From: Octopus bimaculoides
Lineage: Eukaryota
Assembly (NCBI RefSeq): GCF_001194135.2
Contig: NC_068984.1
Location: forward strand, 28,235,754 to 28,275,435
Reading direction: 5' to 3'
Length of the DNA: 39,682 nucleotides
Position 1 is the stretch's first letter; each line of letters starts with the position of its first letter. The translations under genes were made by a program, and so were the position numbers. This document shows, piece after piece, positions 24,764-38,339 of the stretch. The notes beneath the pieces were generated by a model that was given only the letters and a program-made list of their open reading frames with translations, had not been told where the DNA came from and made no database searches.

Positions 24764-26397
24764 CACAATCTACTATATTCGATGGAATGTGTTAGTCAAA
24801 TGCACGCCTTATTCCCACAGCAGGAGGAAATATTTCACTTTGGGAGAAAAAGGGCTGATGCTAAGCAATTTGGTTACACTAGGAATAAACCTAAATGCTA
24901 AATGTCTGTTTANNNNNNNNNNNNNNNNNNNNNNNNNNNNNNNNNNNNNNNNNNNNNNNNNNNNNNNNNNNNNNNNNNNNNNNNNNNNNNNNNNNNNNNN
25001 NNNNNNNNNNNNNNNNNNNNNNNNNNNNNNNNNNNNNNNNNNNNNNNNNNNNNNNNNNNNNNNNNNNNNNNNNNNNNNNNNNNNNNNNNNNNNNNNNNNN
25101 NNNNNNNNNNNNNNNNNNNNNNNNNNNNNNNNNNNNNNNNNNNNNNNNNNNNNNNNNNNNNNNNNNNNNNNNNNNNNNNNNNNNNNNNNNNNNNNNNNNN
25201 NNNNNNNNNNNNNNNNNNNNNNNNNNNNNNNNNNNNNNNNNNNNNNNNNNNNNNNNNNNNNNNNNNNNNNNNNNNNNNNNNNNNNNNNNNNNNNNNNNNN
25301 NNNNNNNNNNNNNNNNNNNNNNNNNNNNNNNNNNNNNNNNNNNNNNNNNNNNNNNNNNNNNNNNNNNNNNNNNNNNNNNNNNNNNNNNNNNNNNNNNNNN
25401 NNNNNNNNNNNNNNNNNNNNNNNNNNNNNNNNNNNNNNNNNNNNNNNNNNNNNNNNNNNNNNNNNNNNNNNNNNNNNNNNNNNNNNNNNNNNNNNNNNNN
25501 NNNNNNNNNNNNNNNNNNNNNNNNNNNNNNNNNNNNNNNNNNNNNNNNNNNNNNNNNNNNNNNNNNNNNNNNNNNNNNNNNNNNNNNNNNNNNNNNNNNN
25601 NNNNNNNNNNNNNNNNNNNNNNNATATATATATTGCATACATATATGTGTGTTCGTGCACAAATGTTTGTCTCCGTGTGGTCTGTGTGTATGTCAACAGG
25701 TGTAAGAGTATACAGTTGTATGTGTGTGGTTTTGTATGTTTTAGTATGTTAATGCTAATGTTTATGTGCTTCTATGGAGGTGTGAGTATTGTTTTCCTTT
25801 CCCTCGAATTCATTGGGATAGAAAGTATTTTGAGACCTTTTGACCGTTTAACCCTATTTGAAAATAACTGTTGTTATTGGTTTAATCATATCTCTAACTG
25901 TTTGTTCCCTACTGAATTAATTTTTATTACTTTTTGTATGTAAATTTAAATACTTTAAAATCTAAAATTTTCACTGTAACTACTTCCTCACCTATCCCTT
26001 CCCGTGCTTCTAAACACAGGAAGGGACCTTAATTGATATAAAACAAAATACTCTTTTACTTTTAATTATCATACGAGGCTATTTTTATCTAGTGTCAGTC
26101 TTCCATACATTGTGTGTATAAAGAAAAGGAATTTTGTTTGTATATTTTGAGTTGGAGCATTGGTGTAACCATGATGTTCTGGTGATTTGACGAACTAGCT
26201 TTCTTTACCTAATACTGATTTGTAAATATGCAATTGTATTGCATAATACAAAGCATGCATATTAATGCAGACATGGAAACATAATTTATTATACACTGAA
26301 ATTATCATTACATCATGAAGGCTTCAAAACAGCTGTAACTCTAAGGAAAAGTGGTTAAATAAATATATTCACCTCTCATACCTCCTGACTTTATATA

Positions 26398-26762
26398 TCA
26401 TCATCATCGTTTAACGTCCTCTTCTAGATGCATGAGTATGTCTTAATTAGACTTGCATACCCAGGTTTCATTTGCAGCAGTGTTAATTCCGAACCATTTT
26501 ATTTAAAAAGTGTATCAGGTTGATGGATTAAAGTTGATTAAGTTTTGCTTTTCTCTTCTCTTTATGACTATTATATTTAAACATCAAATTCTTAAGAAAC
26601 AATTTGCTTTACCTAATGCTGAATCCTATCCAATCGTCTCTCTGAGAAAGTTTTCTAATGTAGCATTAAATTATTGAACTTCAGTTGAAACATGAACTAC
26701 CACGACTACACCAATTTGACAGATTGCAACAAACGGTAAGGAATGCTAGCATGGGTTGGACG
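26398..26762. other. SINE C tail interrupted by a two-segment templated copy of nearby DNA
   Basis: 26423-26550 is the reverse complement of 27797-27924; 26548-26742 is a direct copy of 28162-28356. Confidence 0.85.
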
Positions 26763-27739
26763 CTAGCATATATATANNNNNNNNNNNNNNNNNNNNNNNN
26801 NNNNNNNNNNNNNNNNNNNNNNNNNNNNNNNNNNNNNNNNNNNNNNNNNNNNNNNNNNNNNNNNNNNNNNNNNNNNNNNNNNNNNNNNNNNNNNNNNNNN
26901 NNNNNNNNNNNNNNNNNNNNNNNNNNNNNNNNNNNNNNNNNNNNNNNNNNNNNNNNNNNNNNNNNNNNNNNNNNNNNNNNNNNNNNNNNNNNNNNNNNNN
27001 NNNNNNNNNNNNNNNNNNNNNNNNNNNNNNNNNNNNNNNNNNNNNNNNNNNNNNNNNNNNNNNNNNNNNNNNNNNNNNNNNNNNNNNNNNNNNNNNNNNN
27101 NNNNNNNNNNNNNNNNNNNNNNNNNNNNNNNNNNNNNNNNNNNNNNNNNNNNNNNNNNNNNNNNNNNNNNNNNNNNNNNNNNNNNNNNNNNNNNNNNNNN
27201 NNNNNNNNNNNNNNNNNNNNNNNNNNNNNNNNNNNNNNNNNNNNNNNNNNNNNNNNNNNNNNNNNNNNNNNNNNNNNNNNNNNNNNNNNNNNNNNNNNNN
27301 NNNNNNNNNNNNNNNNNNNNNNNNNNNNNNNNNNNNNNNNNNNNNNNNNNNNNNNNNNNNNNNNNNNNNNNNNNNNNNNNNNNNNNNNNNNNNNNNNNNN
27401 NNNNNNNNNNNNNNNNNNNNNNNNNNNNNNNNNNNNNNNNNNNNNNNNNNNNNNNNNNNNNNNNNNNNNNNNNNNNNNNNNNNNNNNNNNNNNNNNNNNN
27501 NNNNNNNNNNNNNNNNNNNNNNNNNNNNNNNNNNNNNNNNNNNNNNNNNNNNNNNNNNNNNNNNNNNNNNNNNNNNNNNNNNNNNNNNNNNNNNNNNNNN
27601 NNNNNNNNNNNNNNNNNNNNNNNNNNNNNNNNNNNNNNNNNNNNNNNNNNNNNNNNNNNNNNNNNNNNNNNNNNNNNNNNNNNNNNNNNNNNNNNNNNNN
27701 NNNNNNNNNNNNNNNNNNNNNNNNNNNNNNNNNNNNNNN

Positions 27740-27798
<59 letters not shown>

Positions 27799-30371
27799 GC
27801 AAAACCTAGTCAACTTTAATCCATCAACCTGATACACTTTTTAAATAAAATGGTTCTGATTTAACACTGCTGCAAATGAAACCTGGGTATGCAAGTCTAA
27901 TTAAGACATACTCATGCATCTAGAGTGGTGCTTCATGCATACACTCAGACATTCTGGATTGAGGTTGTGCTGCAGTACCATTCAAAGACAAATGTTGAAT
28001 GACGTTAAGAGATGCATAGAGACTTACTAACATACTGTTATATCAAATCCACAGACATACTGTTTCTTCTAACATCTTCTAATGCCTCTACAGATACTTC
28101 TGCTTTCCTAAACATGTAGAATACATAACATTCCCCACTCAAATTCACAATTTTTTCCTCACTTTTCTCTTCTCTTTATGACTATTATATTTAAACATCA
28201 AATTCTTAAGAAACAATTTGCTTTACCTAATGCTGAATCCTATCCAATCGTCTCTCTGAGAAAGTTTTCTAATGTAGCATTAAATTACTGAACTTCAGTT
28301 GAAACATGAACTACCATGACTACACCAATTTGACAGATTGCAACAAACGGTAAGGACGTGACACCTTCTTTTGAATTTAAACAATTATAAAAAGAAAAAT
28401 TGCACTCAATCAAAGGGAATTTATTTTTAGGTTAATTTGGTCATTGAATATAAGCTTAATCATAAGAAAATTCGATAATATATGCTGCTACATGAAAACT
28501 TCCAATATATATATATATATGTGCATACCTTTTTTCATACATACATGCACTCATAAAATTAAATTGAAAAGGAAAAATACCAATTGCTTTTTCACAAGAT
28601 ACTTGTGCTAAAGAATTTTAAATTCATAATTAGACGAAGTAAATATTGGAATATTTTCAAACCAGAAGCTGTGATCTGGAATTGGATTAGGAACAAGCTG
28701 TTGTTCTATTGACATCCATTATTGGCTTCCATACAACATGCCACATTGAATTATTCTTTCATTTTGCTGTTAATTGGAACTACTTGATTTAAACATATGT
28801 TGTTCAAGTGAAAACAATGGAAATAAATAACTGATTGAATTAATAAAGTAAATGAAACAAAATTTTTACATTATTTTTAAGTCTATATTTACCTTCGTTT
28901 CTTTTTTACTTTTTTGTAATGTTACATTTATTTTAAAACTACATTAATTGTTGTTTATTTCTTATCTTGAATTATTGAATTCTAAATGAATTCTTTGTTA
29001 ATATTCTTTGTCAAACTTTTAATTTAGTTTAGTTTTGCAATGTTTCTGTATTTGATACACATGTGAGTTTTGAAAATTAGTTTCCAACTTCAAACTATTG
29101 GTGAATTTTAAAATACCTTAGTAAAAATGGTAGGAGGAATTTATGGTCTGATGTATTTTCTGTTCAGTAATTACATTGGGTCTGCGCGTTTTTTTTTTTT
29201 TTCTCGTTTCACAAAAACAATTTATCATTGATAACAAAATTAAATTGTATGGAACATTGTACAAAAGGAGTTAAACTTAAATATATTTTTTATATCGAAC
29301 TGAAACTGGGTGGGATATATAGTGGTAAAATTTGTTTATTAGCATATTGTTGGAACAATTGTTTTTATTGCTGGTTACCTCTCTTATTGCGAACCATTCA
29401 TTCATGAAATAGGTGCAGTATTTGCAAGTCTCATAACTATGGTTACTTCAGTCTGTCTTAGTTGAATGGTTAGTAGTCTGAAGATCATCCAAGTATAAAA
29501 ATGTTCCAAAACAATCGCTTCAACAATATGCAAATGTCTAAATCTACAAGAACCTATACAGGCATGACGAAATAGTTGTAAAACAATAAAAAGGTGTGTA
29601 TATTTATACCTACAGATATCCATACACACATACATACATCATGTATATATCATCTAAATTCGTTCATATATATATATATATATATATATTCACCAGCTTA
29701 GATGAATCGTTTTCATAAGATTGTATGTTTCAAATTCCAGCTTTATTTATTCATTCTATGTAAATTTAAGTAGTTAAAGTGTTTATTACATGTTCGACTT
29801 TTAACTTTTGACTTTTTACTACATATGATTAGTTTTGTTGTTTGAAACAAAAAGGATGATTTTCAAAGAAACTCGGGAGAAAGAATACTTCTAAACTGCT
29901 CTTCAAATATAAAGCTTTCAGCTGGTGGCACTCTAAAATTTCTTTCAAATTATTAATTTTCACATATTGTACACATAGTTTTCTAATAACAGCTAAAACA
30001 AGCTAACAAGTGAATCCACAACTTAGAAATAACCAAAAGTTTATATCCTATAAATTTTTATTGTAACTCTGGTAGAGCAGTGTCTAGTCCTTGGAATGAC
30101 TTTATGAAGTATTCAGACCAGGTTTCTTGTCTGAGAAAAAATTTTCTTCCTTCTTCCCACATGTCTTAAGTGTATCCCTAAGGGCTGTGAGCTCTAATCT
30201 TCTAATCTTCTTCTCCTGATTAAACAATTAGAAAAAAATGGAGTTTTATTGAATGAGACTATATCTTCTAGTGAAAGATATTATATGTACGTTTGTATGC
30301 ATGTATTCTCGTGCATATAGTTGGAAAGCAGATGTTAAACAACAACAATGATGATGATAATGACACACACG

Positions 30372-30423
<52 letters not shown>

Positions 30424-30582
30424 TTCGACAGGCTTCTTTCAGTTTCCGTCTACCAAATCCACTCACAAGGCTTTGGTCGGCCTGAGGCTATAGTAGAAGA
30501 CTATAGGTGCCACGCAGTGGGACTGAACGCACAACCATGTGGTTGGTAAGCAAGCTACTTACCACACAGCCACTCCTGCGCC
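30424..30582 (-). mobile_element. SINE family B head
   Basis: Minus strand GGCGCAGGAGTGGCTGTGTGGTAAGTAGCTTGC..GTTCAGTCCCACTGCGTGGCACC, with tRNA-like A/B boxes. Confidence 0.88.
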
Positions 30583-30840
30583 AATATATATATATATATA
30601 TACATACATACACACACATGCTGTTGGTGCTTTCTTTTCCTTCTTTAGACTCTTCCCTTTCTTCTTTCCGGCAAAGAGCTATGCTCAAAATGTCAAACTC
30701 TCTCTTTTCACCAAACATCAATCTAATACATTTCTTGTGCACGTCCTCTTGTTGTCCATAATATTTTTCTCATTTATTTGAATTGACTATGTGTTTGTGT
30801 GTGTGTGTGTGTGTGAGATCATCATATGTATATGTGTTCA

Positions 30841-31248
30841 TTGCCAGAGCAGCTGTCTAGCTTCCGTGCTAGTGGCCCGTAAATAACATCATTTGAGCAT
30901 AATTGTTACCAGCATTGCCTTCTAGCACTTGTGCTGGTGGCATGTTAGAAAATCATTTGAGCGAGGTTGTTGCCAGTGCTGCTGGACTGGCTCTCATGCA
31001 GGTGGCACGTAGAAAACACCTTATTGAGCGTGGCCGTTGCCAGTACTGTGTGACTGGTCCTCGTGCCGGTGGCACGTAAAAGCACCCACTACACTCTCAG
31101 AGTGGTTGTCGTTAGGAAGGGCATCCAGCTGTAGAAACCCTGCCAGATCAGATTGGAGCCTGGTGCAGCCTTCTGGCTTGCCAGTACTCAGTCAAATCGT
31201 CCAACCCATGCTAGCATGGAAAGCGGACGTTAAATGATGATGATGATG
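30841..31248 (+). mobile_element. SINE family C with four internal ~65-bp tandem units
   Basis: Units start at 30841, 30906, 30970 and 31037; the 3' part matches the other family C copies. Confidence 0.85.
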
Positions 31249-31961
31249 TGATTATATATGTACATATACACACACATATTTATATACTTACACATATATA
31301 CACATTCAAAACAAAAAAAAAAGACGAAAATCGATTCATATGTGAAGAGTTTATTTATTCAGGTAATTGAAAAATAAAGTTTTGCTCTCTACACCTGGTG
31401 CCTTATTCTGTAGACATTTCCAAAACTGATGAATATGGAACTCAATTTATTGATTCTTAACATAGGCACAAGACAACATACTCTTAGTAATATAACAATC
31501 AATTAAATTGAACTCAGTATCTAACTCAGATTCTATTTTATTGAACCAAAGCTTGTGTTTATTATTGGCACAATGACCCTCCCTTGGTACAACAAAATAT
31601 GTTTCAACACATGATTTCACATCAAGAGTCTTGCAAACCAAAACAAAAATGAAATATGTTATTGCTGGAATTGATTAATTTTTCTTTATGGTTTTTCACC
31701 AGGGAGGTAAATTGTTAGATGGCTTTTTAAAAAATGAAGTGTTTTTTATTGAAAGAAATATTGTTTTGATATCCCATCTGTCAATTGCTTCTATTGCAAG
31801 AAACTTAAAGTAATTAGAAAGTAATCAACATGAACAATAAAATGTGATAGAATATTTACTCTTGTTTGTGATATGGTTCGCAAGTATTGTGTGTGTGTGT
31901 GTCTGTCTGTATGCATGTGTGTATATATGTATATGTGTGTAGATATGTATATGTGTGTATT

Positions 31962-32157
31962 TCTCTTTCTCTTTTCTCTTTTACTTTTTTCAGTCATTTG
32001 ACTGCGGCCATGCTGGAGCACTGCCATAAGTCAAGCAAATCGACCCCAGGATTTATTCTATCAGTCTCTTTTGCCGAACCCCTAAGTTACGGAATGTAAA
32101 CACATCACCACCGGTTGTCAAGTGATGTTGGGGGGGACAAACACAGATACACAAACA
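31962..32157 (-). mobile_element. SINE family B 3' tail (head possibly in gap 32197-32454)
   Basis: Matches the reverse complement of 4420-4620. Confidence 0.85.
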
Positions 32158-32454
32158 TATGCGCACACATGTATGTATGTATATATATATATATATNNNN
32201 NNNNNNNNNNNNNNNNNNNNNNNNNNNNNNNNNNNNNNNNNNNNNNNNNNNNNNNNNNNNNNNNNNNNNNNNNNNNNNNNNNNNNNNNNNNNNNNNNNNN
32301 NNNNNNNNNNNNNNNNNNNNNNNNNNNNNNNNNNNNNNNNNNNNNNNNNNNNNNNNNNNNNNNNNNNNNNNNNNNNNNNNNNNNNNNNNNNNNNNNNNNN
32401 NNNNNNNNNNNNNNNNNNNNNNNNNNNNNNNNNNNNNNNNNNNNNNNNNNNNNN

Positions 32455-32485
<31 letters not shown>

Positions 32486-32575
32486 CACACATATACATAC
32501 ATATACACATGCACAGATACACACGCAGATATATATGACAAATTATGAATAAATTGCTTACTAAGATTTTTACAG

Positions 32576-32710
32576 TAAAATGATAGATATTATAAATACC
32601 ACAAAACAAAAGTACAAGACAGCCTCTGATGACAGTACTTTGAATTCTATCTTCCTTGTAGAGCAACAGCATTACAGATTAAAAGAAAGAACACCTATCA
32701 CACTTTTACA
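32576..32710 (+). CDS. Candidate 135-bp exon (KMIDIINTTKQKYKTASDDSTLNSIFLVEQQHYRLKERTPITLL), gene unidentified
   Basis: ttttacag acceptor, GTAAAT donor, one open frame, length divisible by 3. No homology recognised. Confidence 0.22.
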
Positions 32711-33258
32711 GTAAATTAGATACTTCTAGTCTATTTTCATCTATGTTTAACTTTACTAATTATTCTTCTTGTAGATGCAGGTATAACCAGACTAAAAGTT
32801 TTTCTTTTGCAATCATGAAGTCTTAGATTCATCTTCAATGCATGGCATCTAAGGTGTCTTTTACTATAACCTAGGCTAACTAATGTGTTATGAGTGTTTA
32901 ACAGCCTCTAAGATAGACTTCATCTATGCTATAAAGAACTGTCCTTCCCATGGACTGTTACACTGAATCTGCCAAAGAATTGCATTATTCATTATGTCTG
33001 TGATCTACATGGTGATTTAACAATGAATAGGAGGTCATTTGAATGACTGAAAAATTGAAAATCTCAGGATATTTTTTTGGTCATATGACTAACAGAATAA
33101 ATAAAAACATCTTTAAATGATGAATATATACACACATACACACACATATATATATAATAGTATTTCATAAGCTTGAAGCTTATAAACGATCACCGTGCAA
33201 TGACTAAAGGAAATAGTCTAATAATGGGGCATATAAGCCATCACAGTGAAAGTATATA

Positions 33259-33292
<34 letters not shown>

Positions 33293-33460
33293 CATACTGT
33301 ATTTTCCTCGTTTTACACATTTATCATAGGTATTCAGCACTTTTTCTACTTTTGCTTCTACATTTAGAATTGATAAATATGGGAAATTTAATTTTTTTTG
33401 TCAGAAAAAAAGTTACTTCCTTTGAAATTTTCTTTGTTCTTTCTTTCCTTCCTTTGATAG

Positions 33461-33565
33461 TACCTCCAAGGAACAGGTAGCAACCTGCAAATTAATGTTT
33501 CACTGGTATCCTGCAGTTGTTTCCCAAAGAATGCTCTTCTAGAGGAGCCGATCTTGTTTTCCTAT
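33461..33565 (+). CDS. Candidate 105-bp exon (YLQGTGSNLQINVSLVSCSCFPKNALLEEPILFSY), gene unidentified
   Basis: Very strong polypyrimidine acceptor (ttttctttgttctttctttccttcctttgatag), GTGAGT donor, open phase-0 frame. Confidence 0.3.
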
Positions 33566-34077
33566 GTGAGTCTTGAAATTGAACGAGAGTCTTCGTCCAG
33601 ATTTTTTTGTTTCTTTGAGTGACACAAGCATTTCTCTTATGAGACATTATTTTAGATACTCTAGTTGGATAAGCCTACTATTCTGAAAAGCAGTTAATAT
33701 AGTTAGTTTTTAGCATCACAGAAATAAAAAGGAGAGGAAGAGGATATTTCCTAAAGTATTAAAAACTCTATAACTCCTAAACTACTTAAACTTGAAAGCT
33801 GAAATTTGAGATATACTGCTTCTACATTGGTAAAAACTTGAGTAGGTATTATGAACCCACCGCCCTAGAATTTTGAATGATTTGGGTCAAAGTGGTGTTA
33901 GATTTCTTCAGTTGGTGGTGACATCTTTTTACAAAAACTTAAAATAAAGGTTATTTTCCCCCACTTATACGAAATTATTCATCAATTTTTGATATAGGAA
34001 ATTGTTTGCTTCCTCACAAAAAATCAAAAAGTCATAACCCTAATATACATACCTACATATATACAGACATACATAAC

Positions 34078-34126
<49 letters not shown>

Positions 34127-35698
34127 TATAGATATATTAATTCATGACCAGAAGAGGACATGAATCTGATGCTTGCAATGAGAAATAACTTCTATGAATC
34201 AAATTGTGGAAAATTAATTTGCATAATTTTCAATATAGAATAATATTGCACTTTATAAACCTTATAAGACCATATGCTCTATACCCAATACAAAAATTGA
34301 GCTCATATTGCATAACAACATTCTGACACAACTTTATATCTCAACTGATCCTCCCTTGATCAATATTATTCCAAAAGAAATCAAAGAAAAATCCATATAA
34401 TATTCGGACAATATCAGGACAAATTCCTCCATGAATTTCCAGATAAATCACCAACACCTAGATGCTTTTTTGGCATGCAACAATTTCTAGTTCAAGTGGG
34501 CGATGGTATGTTATTTAGTTGCACATGGCCAGGACTAGTAATATTCACTGCTGAGATAAAATAGATCAATTGTGGATCAAACAGGACTCAATCCATGTAT
34601 CTGTCTATCATTTGTCAGATGACTGCATTTCTGATATCAGTACAGAGCACCTTGTTTTATATTGAACCACTTTGTCTATATATGAGGAATTGACACTTTC
34701 AACCTTTTCTCGCTAATTAGCTTCCTTACTCTCTCTATGCAAATCCCTATCACTTTACTGACTGAAACTCCACTTTCTCTAGACCATCCCATATCTCATC
34801 CACTACATAACTTCCCACAGTATTCGTTCACCTTCAATTTCTCCCTCATTTACTCACCTCCAACCCAAGTGATAATGTCTTCTATCTTTATGAGATCACA
34901 TGACCTCTGAGAGTTGTAAGTACTTGGCACTTTCTGTGTATTTCCTACTACAGTATTCAAATAAGTTATAATGACCTGACATTTGATGGTATTTTATGTG
35001 TATGGCAACTAGTCACAATGGCTAATATATTTTGTTTAGATTAATCATTTTTTTTTTTTTTTCTGGTGGGTGGTACTTAATTTTTCCATTCTATCTTGAA
35101 AAATTGCTTCTAGAGAGAACATCAAAATAAACGGCAGCTTGATACCAAATATACTTGTAGCATCCCGAGCAACTGTCCACTCAATAGTGAATATCTGAAA
35201 AAAAAAAAAAGTATAAAAATATATATTCTTAAATGTATAACTTTCCTGTATGCTATATTGCATAAATTCAAAAGGTTGTACTTCTCTATCAATAAATTCC
35301 ATTTGATTTCATCTGGCAACATATTAAATTATTATGACACATTGTTATGAAACAGTCATATATCTGACAATGTTTATGAAACATCAGAAATATGTCTACA
35401 GCATCTATCCAGTATTTTATATAACCAAGTTTTTATATGAAATATATTAAAGAATCGTTGTCATCTAAGATAATTGTAAATTGTAAATATTCAGTGTAAT
35501 TTCTTATTTAATAATATTTTATCTATCATATATTTTCTTATTTTGCCTACTGGTATGATAGCAAATCTTAATTTAGTATGACACAAAGTGTCTCCCTTAT
35601 TTACCAGAATGATTGAAATAATAGATATTAAGTTAATATTGTTTTTTTTTCTATTACCATGTACATATTTCTAAATAGGTATTTAATTCTCGCTATGA

Positions 35699-35847
35699 GC
35701 AGGCATGACTGTGTGGCTACAACATTTGCCCCATAACCATAATGGATTTAGGTTGAATTGCTGCATGGAACCTTGGGTAAAATTCTTTTACTGTAGCCTT
35801 GGGCTGACCAATGCCTAGTGAGTGATATGTGGCTGATGTAAACAGTA
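35699..35847 (+). mobile_element. Old SINE family B head
   Basis: Degenerate match: gcaggcatgactgtgtgg...gaaccttgggtaaa...tagccttgggctgaccaatgcc. Confidence 0.65.
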
Positions 35848-38339
35848 CCAAAGTTTGTTGTGTATATATTAGTGTGAGTGTGTATGCATGTACATGTGTG
35901 TGTGTGTGTGCAAACATTTGTTACCATGTGTCTTAATATTGACATTGTTTGGGTGATAGTGTATTGTGAATATCTCTCATAAACAATACAGTCCAGTGTT
36001 TGGTGGTTTTGTCAGTAGAAGACATATTACCTTTGGAAACAAGTAAAGAATGGTAACACAAAAGGTACATGGCCAGAAACTTACCATATCAGTATGCATT
36101 GCCCAACACATGATAGTACACAAAAAGCAGTTGTTAAAATAATGATGGTGGTGCTGGTGCTGGTAGGATGATGGTGACAATGATGACAAATATGACAGCA
36201 ATAACATGGACAAGTATGATAACAATGTCAGTGATACAAAATAAGTTAACACTAACATAATTCAATTCTTGTTGTTTTTTTGTGGATTAGCACCTCTGAG
36301 TAATTAACATCAGTAATTTGTTCTTATTACAATATTATTATCAACTCATCCGCAAAGAGTTGACTGATGTTCTTCAATTCTAATTATTAGAAGGCTTATT
36401 TAAATAAGGTCTCCTATATCAGTGTGTTACATCTGTTGAGGTTAATTACAAAATTTGTTGTTAAAAGTGTGCTCACTAACTCTATGACTTCAATTAGTTT
36501 TCCACGATGTTCCTTTTTTCTATAGTAGCACATATTCTCTTAATGTATGCTACCAAATTCTAGTTTCTGAATCTCTTCATTTCTGTTCTCTATGAGTCAT
36601 TTCATTCCATAGACATTAAAAAATGTTTGAACTCTATCTGCAGTATTTAAGCTACAATATTCTCCTGACTTACTGTTATTCCAGCAGTTAACAGTCATTT
36701 TAATATGAATAAAGCAGGAACACCAATACCTTGTCCTTAGGGGATTTTAGTGGAATCTGCTCTGTTGCAAGCATTGACAGTCAGATCTCAGACTGAAGAT
36801 AACTTTCTTCATTCCTTTCATCAGTTTCAAGAAGTTTGAAAAGTGTCTTGGGTGCTGGCTTTTCTCCTTTGACCAAGTCACTAATTTTTTGGCATAACGG
36901 AGTCCTAGTTTACATTCATTAATTTATAGAAATAAAACATATCTTGTTCAGACTCTTAAGATAACTGGCAAGGGAAATTATTGTTCCATTAGAATTCTTC
37001 CTCGTTAGTAGTTTGACTGAAAATGGTTGGAAGCAAATTCAGAATAGAACAGTTCTGTGAAACAAGTGTTTAGTAAAGTGCTTAGTGTGAAATTTGAAAG
37101 TTGAGACATAATCGATATGCAAGGCAGAAGTTATTGTGGTATCAAGAGAAGATACTGTAAAAAACATTTAGATTCATAACTAAAATCTTAAAAGTTCATT
37201 CTTTTATTCACCTAGCTTCAAATTCAAGCCCATTGCACAGGAGCTTGTGCCAATGTTCTCTACCAACAACTTGATTAAATCTTTGTAGACAAAATTGAAA
37301 CTATGGAAACCTGTTCAATGTATTCTATGTTAAGAGTACAAATTTGTGTACAATGCAGTGTTTACATATTTACACTAAAACATGGGAAGACTGTTCTTGT
37401 ATTTACCAGTCTCTCTTTCAAATGATTAATATACTAATGCTAGGAGTTGAGAATTGTCTAAACATTAACAATAAAGAAATATTTTGCATTTTAGAATATT
37501 AATTACTTACCTACTTAATAGTGAAATGAAATTCAAAAGTAATCAAAGAAAAAAGTATACATATGAGAGAAATGCAGATGCAAGTGCCTAGTGAAACTCA
37601 GAACATCTGTGTTGATGCCTTGGTATATTTACTACTATATCATATTTAGTATGCATGTTCTTTTACAAAACCGAATTTCAAAGACGTCATTAAATTAACA
37701 TTCATAGGAGTAATATATATTGCAAGACATTAAATTTGATTTGCATTTGAAGAAAATATTATTTTATTATGCTTTAGTACATTAAATATAATTTATCTTT
37801 TAGCCTTGTTTATATTCATTCATTACATTTGTCTTATTCAACAACTTCTAGTCTCTTTCTATTTATTTTGTTATATTTCTTTGTATCATTTACAAGTATT
37901 AATGTTAGTCTCTTTGTCTTCAAACATCAACAGTATTTCTTAACAATTTCTTTTCTACAATTTGCACACAACTATACAATCATTCCAGAATAATTCATGA
38001 AGAAAAACATCCCATGTGTAAGGTTTAAGGATCCTCTGAGGAGGCAAAACAGAAAAGATTCAAGAAAAGAGGCTTTGAAACACTGATTGTCATGGAGTAG
38101 TAGTAGTAGAAGAGGAATATTAATATGATATACAAAACATAGCCACTTTATGACATCAAACTCTGCCTCTTTCTCCTTCAGTTTCTCTTTACTTTCTGTA
38201 GAGAAACTTTCTTCACCTTGCCTCTTTTCTCTCTCTCTCCCCTACATACTCAACAGACACATGCACACATTTTTTTCTCATATCTCTTTCCTATGTCAAT
38301 ATAATCATTATCCAGCTGCCCATTTTGTATCTTAGAGTT

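Noticed and set aside
1130-32672. Long ORFs in the track (up to 394 aa) containing X runs or YI/HT/CV repeats
   Set aside because: They span N-gaps or (TA)n/(TG)n/(TATG)n microsatellites and are not coding.
36560-36790. Possible RTE RT fragment on the minus strand
   Set aside because: The motifs (GQG..PALF, TAD) are too degenerate to call with confidence.
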